A stretch of 63,827 nt of DNA from Verrucomicrobiales bacterium (GTDB lineage: Bacteria > Verrucomicrobiota > Verrucomicrobiia > Verrucomicrobiales > V1-33). The DNA lies in contig JANOAV010000008.1 in NCBI GenBank assembly GCA_031411295.1, forward strand, positions 1 through 63,827. Direction: 5' to 3'. Positions 1 to 8,310 of this stretch are shown here, one piece after another (positions within the stretch are counted from its first letter, which is position 1; each line of letters begins with the position of its first letter). The notes beneath the pieces are model-generated. The model was not told the origin of the DNA. It saw only the letters and a list, made by a program, of their open reading frames with translations, and ran no database searches. The position numbers and the translations under genes are program-made.

Positions 1-3
1 CGC

Positions 4-20
4 CCCAGATTGCCAGCCTT
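4..20 (+). repeat. 17-bp direct repeat copy 1 (cccagattgccagcctt)
   Basis: Identical to 3622-3638, which lies in the 3' end of the GMC oxidoreductase gene. Confidence 0.8.
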
Positions 21-101
21 TACAGGAGCAATGCACGGTGGCTGGGGCAAAATAGATTTGACGTGATGGGCGTTTAGACTTAGCGGCTGTCCGTTTCGCT
101 C

Positions 102-2141
102 ATGTCAACTACTGCACAGACTCCGTGTCGGGTTTTATTACTTGGTTGGGACGCTGCAGACTGGGAGTTTGCGCGTCCTCTATTGGATGCTGGGCGGATG
201 CCGCATTTGGAAAAGTTGATGGATCGGGGAACGAGTGGCTATCTTTGTTCGCTGACGCCAATGCTCTCGCCCGTCTTGTGGAATTCGATTGCCACAGGAA
301 AGACCGGGGATGTGCATGGAGTCCTGGGTTTCATGGAGCCTGATCCAGACGGCGGACCACCGAGGCCGGTGGCCAGCACCTCCCGGCGGGTGAAGGCGTT
401 GTGGAATTTACTTTCTCAACTGGGGAAGCGTTCGGTGGTGGTGAATTGGTTTGCTTCGCATCCGGCGGAGCCGATTGCGGGGGCCGTGGTGTCGGGGCAT
501 TATGCGGACTCAGCATTGCATGAGGCAGCATTGCCGACGGGGTTTTGTCATCCGCCGGAGTTGCGGGAGGATTTGGAAACGCTGCTGATTCGGCCTTCGG
601 ATCTGACTCCGGCTCAGGTGCGGCCATTTTACTTGGAACAATTGCCCTCGGATGAGGATCCGTTACTGCATGCGCTGACTCAGCAGTTAGCGAAATGCGC
701 CTCCACTCACAATGCAGCGACTTGGTTGGCGGAAACGCAGGAGTGGGATTTCCTGGCGGTTTATTATGATATGATCGATCACTGTGGACATGGTTTCATG
801 GAGCTGGCGGGGCCTCGGCTGGAGCATGTGTCGGAGGAAACGCATGCGGTGCATGGGAAGGTGATGGAGCGTGTTTATGAATACCATGATCTCATGCTGG
901 GGCGGTGGTTGGAGATTGCGGGCGAGGATACTGCGGTGTTGCTGATCTCGGATCATGGGTTCGCCAGTGGAGGGACGCGTCCGTTTGCGGACCCAGGGAT
1001 AATGCCGGAGGGAAGTCCGATAATAATGGAACGCAACCCACTGGCGTGGCATCGGCTGCATGGGGTGTTTGCCGCAGCAGGTCCGGGAATTAAGGTTGAT
1101 GCCCTAGTGCACGGAGCCTCGCTGTTGGATATTGCGCCCACGGTGCTGACCTTGCTGGGCATTCCGGTGCCGGAGGATTTTGCAGGAAATGCGCTGCATG
1201 CCATTTTCGATGGGCCTGTGGAGCAGCGTGGTCCATCAATGGAATCTCCCCACCCGGAGGATGGCGTGATCCGCGATGCGCTGGCGTCCGCTGTCGAGCC
1301 ATGGGCAGCGCAGGCAGCGATGGATCAATTGGTGGCTTTGGGGTATCTGGCGGCACCCTCGGAAGACCAAGCCCAGATGCTGGAGGAACTCGCTCGGCTG
1401 CGTGAGAGCGTGCTCGCGCAGATCTTACTCTCTCGTGGTCGGAATGAGGAGTCGCTCGAAGTGCTGCGTGGATTGCTCGCCCGACAGGACGATCCTCCAC
1501 TCCGCTGCCGGGAGGCGCAGACGCTCTGCGCCATGGGGCGCTTCGCAGAGGCTTCCCCGATTGTGGACCAGGCCATCGCAGAGGTGCCTCGGTTGCTCCA
1601 GGCGCGGTTGCTTCAGGCGCGGATCTCGCTCGCGGAGAACCGGACGGAGGAAGCGGAACGACAGTTGCAGGAACTCCTGAAATGGGATCGAGAGGTGCCC
1701 GCAGTCCTCCTCCAACTCGGGGCCACACTGCTGCGGTTGCAACGCTGGTCGGAAGCCGAAGGGGTGTTCCGCAGAGTCTTGGAAATGCTTCCGGATGAGG
1801 CTCTGGCGCACGATGGTCTGGGGGTGACTTTACGCCAGCGCGGGGCCGTCGATGACGCGCTATTTCATCACATGAGATCAGCCTCAATTTTTCACGCTCG
1901 GGCCCAGACGCATGTAAACCTTGGGCTGGCCGCCACCCTGGCAGGGCATCACGCTTGGGCGATTCGGGCATTCGAGATCGCTTCAGAAATGGAACCCACG
2001 CAACCGTATCCAGAGCGCTGGTTGGCGCGGCTGTATTTCCTGCTCAAGGATCGTGAGAAAGGCCGCCATCACGCCGCCCGAATGCTGGCTCGTCGGGCAG
2101 CAATGGGTTCGCGCGACCCCGGATTGCACCGGGGGGTGTAG
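102..2141 (+). CDS. Alkaline phosphatase superfamily (NPP/phosphodiesterase-like) protein with C-terminal TPR repeats
   Basis: GWDAAD, PMLSPVLWNSIATG (Ser nucleophile region), DxxDHxGH and SDHG motifs; C-terminal ~250 aa of helical TPR-like repeats; no signal peptide. Confidence 0.85.
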   Translation: MSTTAQTPCRVLLLGWDAADWEFARPLLDAGRMPHLEKLMDRGTSGYLCSLTPMLSPVLWNSIATGKTGDVHGVLGFMEPDPDGGPPRPVASTSRRVKALWNLLSQLGKRSVVVNWFASHPAEPIAGAVVSGHYADSALHEAALPTGFCHPPELREDLETLLIRPSDLTPAQVRPFYLEQLPSDEDPLLHALTQQLAKCASTHNAATWLAETQEWDFLAVYYDMIDHCGHGFMELAGPRLEHVSEETHAVHGKVMERVYEYHDLMLGRWLEIAGEDTAVLLISDHGFASGGTRPFADPGIMPEGSPIIMERNPLAWHRLHGVFAAAGPGIKVDALVHGASLLDIAPTVLTLLGIPVPEDFAGNALHAIFDGPVEQRGPSMESPHPEDGVIRDALASAVEPWAAQAAMDQLVALGYLAAPSEDQAQMLEELARLRESVLAQILLSRGRNEESLEVLRGLLARQDDPPLRCREAQTLCAMGRFAEASPIVDQAIAEVPRLLQARLLQARISLAENRTEEAERQLQELLKWDREVPAVLLQLGATLLRLQRWSEAEGVFRRVLEMLPDEALAHDGLGVTLRQRGAVDDALFHHMRSASIFHARAQTHVNLGLAATLAGHHAWAIRAFEIASEMEPTQPYPERWLARLYFLLKDREKGRHHAARMLARRAAMGSRDPGLHRGV

Positions 2142-2199
2142 TCTTCACGAGTCTAACATTTGACTAAACCGACTATGGGATGGATAGTGTGTGGAAATT

Positions 2200-2883
2200 A
2201 TGGTAAATCGCTTTTTTACAAAACCAAACGTCGGCACACTTAGTGCCATCTCTCTCGCAGCTTCCTCCTCGGCCTTTGCTTCGCTGATTCCGGTCGTGCC
2301 GCCGACAGATCTTTCCACACCGATCGGAATTGGTAGCGGAGCCCCTATCCTCAATTGGGACATCAATGGGGATAGCGCGAATGATTTCTCCTTCGTGTTC
2401 CGGTATTATAGCAACACATCTTGGCAAGCGCTGATGGGCACCTCGCCGACGAACAATGTCCTGGGTGACTCATCATTCACCCCAACTGCTAACTACGCCA
2501 GATCCTACAGTGCAGGAGCCTTGATTGCATCTGGCAATCCAGCCTTCTCTGGATCAGGGGTCGCTGCAATCATCCTCGGCTCGCTGTATTCCGGCAGCCT
2601 GTATGGTGGATTTGCCAGAGGCGGAAATTTCAACCAACCCCGCTTCGCTGGATTCCGCTTCGACATCGCTGGTCAGCCGCACTACGGGTTTCTCGAGATG
2701 GCAGTGAATGCCAACGGGACCAATGGCACGATCGATTTCATCAGCGCTGCTTACGAGTCGGATCCCAACGTTGGCATCCAGACCCAGTCCATTGTCCCCG
2801 AACCCACCACTCTCGCTGCGTTGGCTGCCGGAGGTCTCGCCATGCTCACCAGCCGCAGGCGCAAATTGGCCGTGGCAGCATAG
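2200..2883 (+). CDS. PEP-CTERM (exosortase substrate) surface protein
   Basis: Signal-peptide-like N-terminus; DINGD motif; C-terminal VPEPTTLAALAAGGLAMLTSRRRK (PEP, TM helix, Arg cluster). Start at ATG 2200 or GTG 2191. Confidence 0.9.
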   Translation: MVNRFFTKPNVGTLSAISLAASSSAFASLIPVVPPTDLSTPIGIGSGAPILNWDINGDSANDFSFVFRYYSNTSWQALMGTSPTNNVLGDSSFTPTANYARSYSAGALIASGNPAFSGSGVAAIILGSLYSGSLYGGFARGGNFNQPRFAGFRFDIAGQPHYGFLEMAVNANGTNGTIDFISAAYESDPNVGIQTQSIVPEPTTLAALAAGGLAMLTSRRRKLAVAA

Positions 2884-2888
2884 ACCGC

Positions 2889-3482
2889 TCACTCGAGCAT
2901 CGAAAGCTTGTTGCGGTGCAGTGCAGGATCAACGACTGCGGCCATGGCTAGGGCACGTTCCGGGCAGCCCAAAAACGACGCGATCCGAGCGGCCTCATCC
3001 TGTGGCTGAGCCAAAATATGCCCGTAATCCATCCGCAACATTTCCACTTCCGGCTGCTGCTCCAACCAGGCCTCCACCTCCCGGATCTGCAATGCAAAGA
3101 CTGCCTCCAGTTGCGCCTCCGGGATCCCCGCCCCTGCGCGACCGCTTCGCTGTAGCATCGCCTTCTGGGAAGCCAGCACCTCCTTCAGCTCCCGCTGCAC
3201 CCACAGCACCCGGTAATGCATTCCAGGCAACGGCAAATCTCGCACTAGCAAGTGAATGATCTTTACCGCCTGCCCTGCCGCCTTCGGTAACCAAGACCGG
3301 TCCTGGCGCAGCCGCTTGACCGGCTCATATTCGAAATACCCACGTGGATTATCCTCATCCGCCACCCGCGCCCCGTCGCTCAGGATGGACACTCCGGCTG
3401 CCTCGAGCATTTGCATGACCAAAGAAGTCCCCGAACGGGGCAAACCAGAAACAACGATGACGGGAGCGGAGATCATGCTCAT
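2889..3482 (-). CDS. PAPS-dependent sulfotransferase family protein
   Basis: SGLPRSGTSLVMQML 5'-PSB loop, NPRGYFE, RxxxEVLASQ 3'-PB motif; start uncertain (3476-3497). Confidence 0.85.
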   Translation of the reverse strand: MSMISAPVIVVSGLPRSGTSLVMQMLEAAGVSILSDGARVADEDNPRGYFEYEPVKRLRQDRSWLPKAAGQAVKIIHLLVRDLPLPGMHYRVLWVQRELKEVLASQKAMLQRSGRAGAGIPEAQLEAVFALQIREVEAWLEQQPEVEMLRMDYGHILAQPQDEAARIASFLGCPERALAMAAVVDPALHRNKLSMLE

Positions 3483-3569
3483 GGTATAAGCCTGCATCCT
3501 GCAAATTGGAAAGCACTAAATCCAACCGACTCTCTCCGTGGATTCGACCGTGTTAGCGGTCATGGACGT

Positions 3570-3592
3570 TAGCCGCGGGCCTCAGCCCACGG
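3570..3592 (+). repeat. REP-like short palindrome
   Basis: tagccgcgggc-ctca-gcccacgg imperfect hairpin in the intergenic region. Confidence 0.4.
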
Positions 3593-3614
3593 AGCCTTCG
3601 TAATCGTCAGATTA

Positions 3615-5405
3615 CTACGCTCCCAGATTGCCAGCCTTCATTTCCTTCATGAGGTAATCCATGCTGCGCCACGCCAGTGCCATGATGCTGAGGGTGGGAT
3701 TCTTGTCGGCATTGCTGGCAAAGCTGCCACCGTCGGTCACGAAGAGATTTTTCACATCCCAACTCTGACAATATTGGTTGAGCACGGAATTTTTGGGATT
3801 GGTTCCCATGCAGGTGGCACCGACTTCATGGATGATTTCCCCGGGCCGATAAATCGCCTTAGCTCCGTCCTGGTGCACTGGAGTGACGGGCTTGCCTCCC
3901 ATGGTGGCGATGATCTCGGCAAATGTCTGGTGCATGTGCGCGGCCTGCTTGAGTTCGTGCTCGGACCATTTCCAGTGGAAGCGCAGCACGGGGATGCCCC
4001 ATTGATCCACGACTTTAGGATCGATGTCACAGTAGCAATCTACATTGGGGATCATTTCTCCGCGCCCGCTGAAATTGATGAACGATCCATAATAACGACG
4101 CGCCTCTTCCTTGAGTTTCTTACCGTAGATGCCGCCTTTGCCGAGGCCATTAAAGATTCCTGGCGCAGGCATGCGACGGCCCCCGCTGAACTCGATGTGG
4201 TAACCCCGAGGAAAATCCAATTTCCCGGCATGCTGCTGCTGATATCCCCACCACGGCATGTAAAGATGCATGGCGTAGGCTCCATCCTCATTATGAGCAG
4301 GGACGTTTTCCAGCGCAGGAATCTGCCCCACGACCTTGGCTCCCACGGTGTCCATCACATAGCGGCCGACGAGTCCACTGCTGTTGCCAAGGCCGTTGGG
4401 AAAGCTAGCGGATTTGGAATTCAAGAGAATGCGGGCGCTTTCGCAACCACTGGCGGCCAGGATCACGACCTTGGCTTTGGCATGGCAATCTTTGCGTGTC
4501 ACCCGATCAATGTAATGCACGCCCGTGGCCTTGCCGTTTTTGTCCACGGTTACTTCCCGCACCATGGCATCGGTCATGACGTCCATGTTTCCGGTCATGA
4601 TCGCAGGTGGAATCAGGACCGTGGTGCTCTGGAAATTAGCCTTGATGCTGCACCCCCGACCGCAGTCGGTGGCATAAAAGCAGGCCGCACGGGTGGCGGC
4701 ATGTTTCTTGAGATAGATCGCGTTGGGGTTATTGGGATGCAGCGTATTGGCCAAACGATCCCCGTCCTGCATTTGTGTCAGGATCGCCAAATGCGATGGA
4801 ATGACGGGGATGTTGAGTGCCTTGCATTTGGCCTGCACTAGCAATTCGTAGCCCCGCGGGCGAGGTGGCGGCTGCAGCACGCCTTTGGGCGAGGCTGGCG
4901 TATTTTCCAGATCGTCATCGCCTCCATAAATTCCGACTAGCAATTCAACTTTATCATAGTAGGGCGCGAGATCCTCATACTTCATCGGCCAGTCCAGGCC
5001 CAGTCCATCGCGCTCCCGTGGTTTGAAATCATACGGCCCCATGCGCAGCGAAATGCGCCCCCAATGATTCGTGCGTCCACCCAGCATGCGGGCCCGCCAC
5101 CATTTGAAGTCCACGCCTTCGGCTGAAGTGTAGGGCTCTCCGGGCACATTCCATCCGCCGTCCACGGTGGCGTCGAAGAAACCGAAGGGCTTGTCCGGGC
5201 TGGGCGCGTTGCGCAAAGGGGCGCTCTCCGGGGTGAGAAACATGGGCGTTTCCGTGGTGGGATCGTAGTTGCGTCCTGCCTCCAGCATCAGGACTTTGAA
5301 TCCATGCATCGCCAACAAATATCCCGACATGCCCCCAGCGGCCCCAGAGCCCACGACAATAACATCGTAATCAACGGCAGATTTGGGTTTGGTGATCAGG
5401 GGCAT
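3615..5405 (-). CDS. GMC family FAD-dependent oxidoreductase (sugar dehydrogenase flavoprotein)
   Basis: GSGAAGG FAD motif, LGGRTNHW, IHEVG, NPTLSIMALA. Confidence 0.92.
   Translation of the reverse strand: MPLITKPKSAVDYDVIVVGSGAAGGMSGYLLAMHGFKVLMLEAGRNYDPTTETPMFLTPESAPLRNAPSPDKPFGFFDATVDGGWNVPGEPYTSAEGVDFKWWRARMLGGRTNHWGRISLRMGPYDFKPRERDGLGLDWPMKYEDLAPYYDKVELLVGIYGGDDDLENTPASPKGVLQPPPRPRGYELLVQAKCKALNIPVIPSHLAILTQMQDGDRLANTLHPNNPNAIYLKKHAATRAACFYATDCGRGCSIKANFQSTTVLIPPAIMTGNMDVMTDAMVREVTVDKNGKATGVHYIDRVTRKDCHAKAKVVILAASGCESARILLNSKSASFPNGLGNSSGLVGRYVMDTVGAKVVGQIPALENVPAHNEDGAYAMHLYMPWWGYQQQHAGKLDFPRGYHIEFSGGRRMPAPGIFNGLGKGGIYGKKLKEEARRYYGSFINFSGRGEMIPNVDCYCDIDPKVVDQWGIPVLRFHWKWSEHELKQAAHMHQTFAEIIATMGGKPVTPVHQDGAKAIYRPGEIIHEVGATCMGTNPKNSVLNQYCQSWDVKNLFVTDGGSFASNADKNPTLSIMALAWRSMDYLMKEMKAGNLGA
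3622..3638 (+). repeat. 17-bp direct repeat copy 2, within the GMC gene 3' end
   Basis: Identical to 4-20. Confidence 0.8.
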
Positions 5406-5487
5406 GGAAACGAATTATGGAAAGAGGTGAAAGCGGAGCAGAGGAACTATCGCTGATCGCAGGAAATTCAAGCGGGGAGGATCGTGG

Positions 5488-6282
5488 CTAGTCGAACTTC
5501 TCCAGTCGGAAAAATTCGCGCGCCAGGGCCGTGGTCTCGGCGGCCAGGGCCTCCAGACTTACGCCGCGTGCTTGGGCAATCTTTTCCGCCGTGTGGCGCA
5601 CATGGGCGGGTTCGCAGCGCTGTCCTTTGACTGCTTGGGGTGTTAAGTAGGGTGCATCCGTTTCAACCATGAAACACCCTGCGGTTGCCTCGATGGCGCA
5701 TTGCAGGACCTCCGGAGCCTTGGGATAAGTGGCAATGCCCGTGAAGGAAATGACATGTCCTTGCGCGACCAAAGGCGCCGCTTCGGCCCAAGAGTTGATA
5801 AAACAATGAAACTGAGCCCGCAATTTCCTCGTGAAAGGAGCAACCAAGGCGACGCTATCCTCAAAGCAACTTCGCTGGTGGACAACAATGTTCAATTGCC
5901 GGGCCACCGCCAACTCCATCTGCGCCTTGAAGAAACTGGCCTGTCGCGCTTTGTAAATTTCCCAGCTAGTGCCCTGGGGTTCGTGATAGTAATCGAGTCC
6001 AATCTCGCCAATGGCCACCACGCGCGGATGTTCCGCCATGGCCGCAATCTGCTCCAACCAGTCGGGTTCCGTGACGTCCATGACATAGCACGGATGCACG
6101 CCCACGGTGCACAGCACTTGCGGGAATTGCTCCGCTATCTCAATCGCCCGTCGCGAACTGGGCACGTCACAACCAATGGCGATCATCTGCGTCACTCCCG
6201 CATCCACCGCTCGCGCGATGACCTCCGGCAGGTCCTTTTTGAAACGGGAGGAATTGAGATGACAGTGGGTATCGATAAGCAT
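5488..6282 (-). CDS. tatD: TatD family DNase
   Basis: IDTHCH, GVHP, GEIGLDY, ETDAPY motifs; start set at MLIDTH. Confidence 0.95.
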   Translation of the reverse strand: MLIDTHCHLNSSRFKKDLPEVIARAVDAGVTQMIAIGCDVPSSRRAIEIAEQFPQVLCTVGVHPCYVMDVTEPDWLEQIAAMAEHPRVVAIGEIGLDYYHEPQGTSWEIYKARQASFFKAQMELAVARQLNIVVHQRSCFEDSVALVAPFTRKLRAQFHCFINSWAEAAPLVAQGHVISFTGIATYPKAPEVLQCAIEATAGCFMVETDAPYLTPQAVKGQRCEPAHVRHTAEKIAQARGVSLEALAAETTALAREFFRLEKFD

Positions 6283-6364
6283 GGCGGAGTAGAAGGCTGA
6301 ATGCGGCAAATTTCAAACTGGGATTGAGGGTTTGCGAACTCACGATTTGTGGTTATTTTCATTT

Positions 6365-6970
6365 ATGTTGCAAATCCCTCTAGCCCCGGTTTCATGGCAA
6401 CGCATGGACCGAGCCATTGAAAAAGTGAAGGAGCGCCTGCTGCGAGCGGCCCACGCCTTAGAGCGTGCGTCGGTTCCGTATGCTGTGATTGGAGGAAATG
6501 CAGTAGCGGCCTGGGTCTCACGCGTGGATGAGGCCGCAGTCCGCAACACCCGTGACGTGGATTTGTTAATCCGCCGCGCTGACTTTCCAGCAGCGGAACT
6601 TGCGTTAACGAAATCTGGATTTACGCATCGCAAAGTGGCCATGCTCGGTCAAGGTGGATCGATGGATGTTTTCCTGGACGGTCCGGATTCCAAGGTTAGG
6701 GACGCGCTGCACATTTTGTGGGCTGATGAACCAGTGCGTGCAGACAGTTTGGAACCCACCCCGGATGTCACCGAGGCGGAGTCTGCTGGTGACTTCCAAA
6801 TCATCTCCTTGCCTGGTTTGGTGCGCATGAAGCTGACCTCCTTTCGCGATAAGGATCGGATGCATTTACGGGACCTCTTGGAGGTTGGACTTATAGATCC
6901 AACCTGGCTTCCAACGCTATCTCCAGCGCTGCGCGAGCGATTGCAATTACTGTTGGACACCCCAGAGTAG
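6365..6970 (+). CDS. Nucleotidyltransferase-family protein
   Basis: YAVIGGNAV...RNTRDVD (GG/DxD) and MKLTSFRDKDRMH motifs. Confidence 0.75.
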   Translation: MLQIPLAPVSWQRMDRAIEKVKERLLRAAHALERASVPYAVIGGNAVAAWVSRVDEAAVRNTRDVDLLIRRADFPAAELALTKSGFTHRKVAMLGQGGSMDVFLDGPDSKVRDALHILWADEPVRADSLEPTPDVTEAESAGDFQIISLPGLVRMKLTSFRDKDRMHLRDLLEVGLIDPTWLPTLSPALRERLQLLLDTPE

Positions 6971-6994
6971 CATTTATCTGATGAAATCCACATC

Positions 6995-7537
6995 ATGAGC
7001 ATTGGCCCCATTCAACTAACGCGCAAGCTAGTCTTCGGTCTGCTAGCCGGAGGACTGGCATTCTGGGCAGCTTGGCCCTTTTGGCATAGTTATACGGCGC
7101 AAGGCGGGGAAGTTGGGATGATGAGCGGGGTTGGCACAGGTCTGTTGGCAGCAGCCAAATTGATCCTGGCTGGCATCTGCTTTTCGATAGGATTCGTCGA
7201 TTCGATTTCTGTGCCGTTCACCTCCTTCATCGATAGCGTCTTTGGTCTAACCCCAGATCAACGCAAGCCACCGTTGGATTTTGCACCAGCGGAACGGTAT
7301 CTTCGACAAGGGATGCCAGACGCGGCGGACCGGGAATTTCGACGACTCTTGGAATATTATCCTGATTCGCTCAAGCTCTGGAAACGCTACCTCAGCGCAG
7401 CCCTAGCATGGGAAAAGCCCGCTCCGTGGGAGGCCTTGGCCGCCGAAGCCCGGGGACATTTTCGCTTTGATCGCGAGCGGGGGCGTAAGCTCCAAGAACA
7501 CATCGAAGATCTCTGTCCAGCCCTGCTGGAGCGCTGA
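6995..7537 (+). CDS. Hypothetical membrane protein with a TPR-like C-terminus
   Basis: Two hydrophobic segments followed by the helical AERYLRQG...LLEYYP region. Confidence 0.6.
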   Translation: MSIGPIQLTRKLVFGLLAGGLAFWAAWPFWHSYTAQGGEVGMMSGVGTGLLAAAKLILAGICFSIGFVDSISVPFTSFIDSVFGLTPDQRKPPLDFAPAERYLRQGMPDAADREFRRLLEYYPDSLKLWKRYLSAALAWEKPAPWEALAAEARGHFRFDRERGRKLQEHIEDLCPALLER

Positions 7538-7546
7538 AATTAGGTC

Positions 7547-8203
7547 CTATTTCGCGCTTGGCGTCACCTCCACGTCGTCGAACTGAATGGGGACCAAACT
7601 AAACGGTGCGCCCCAGAGGCTGGCCTTGCCATTCGGTGGGGCGGTGGAGCTGGAGGTGGTTACGGAGGGCGCTTCGGGCCGTGGTTGGCCGTCTTCCCAT
7701 GCGCGACCTTCCACCAGCCAACTGTCTTTGGCCTCGCTTGGGGTTACTTTGAGTTCGACCCAGAACCACGCATCGGTTTTCCAAGCGAATTCTGCTTTGG
7801 CGACCCGTTCGTCCTCTTTCACAATTTCTACGGCCTTGTCCGCCGGAGTTACCCGCAGGCGGAATCCACTGGTCCCACCGAGCCCCACGCCGAAGCGGGG
7901 AAAGCTGCGGCGTTTGCTGCTGGCTTTGATTTTGGCCTTGATGGTGCCGCCATGCTTCATGCTCTTCCCCAATAAGACCGCGCCCTCGGTAAGCGGTTCG
8001 GTGCCAATTTCCAACAGCTTGTTTTCACCAGCAGCCACAATGGAGAAAGCTCCATCCACGACCATGAGTTCGTCCGGCAGTGCACCCGGACTGAGCTTCT
8101 GGAAGTCCTCCTTGAGGGACTCTGGGGCTGCAGGGGCGGCATCTTGCGCCAGCAGCGGCAGAAAGGTAATCGTGAGGACGGAGGCTAGAGGGAGGAGTTT
8201 CAT
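7547..8203 (-). CDS. Secreted hypothetical protein, possibly a beta-sandwich/lectin-like fold
   Basis: Signal peptide; beta-rich sequence ending IQFDDVEV. Confidence 0.7.
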   Translation of the reverse strand: MKLLPLASVLTITFLPLLAQDAAPAAPESLKEDFQKLSPGALPDELMVVDGAFSIVAAGENKLLEIGTEPLTEGAVLLGKSMKHGGTIKAKIKASSKRRSFPRFGVGLGGTSGFRLRVTPADKAVEIVKEDERVAKAEFAWKTDAWFWVELKVTPSEAKDSWLVEGRAWEDGQPRPEAPSVTTSSSTAPPNGKASLWGAPFSLVPIQFDDVEVTPSAK

Positions 8204-8310
8204 GAGAGGGAAATAGTTGCTTTAGTTTGGACGCAGGCGGCTCAGTTCCCAATGACTTTTTTGCGGAAAAAGTAACGAGGGATCGCGTCGGGCAACGGGC
8301 GACCGCGCCA

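Noticed and set aside
3493..3503. TGCATCCTGCA as a member of the island enhancer family
   Set aside because: Unpaired, with no -24/-12 motif nearby; treated as background
3774..4841. 355-aa plus-strand ORF
   Set aside because: Antisense to the GMC oxidoreductase
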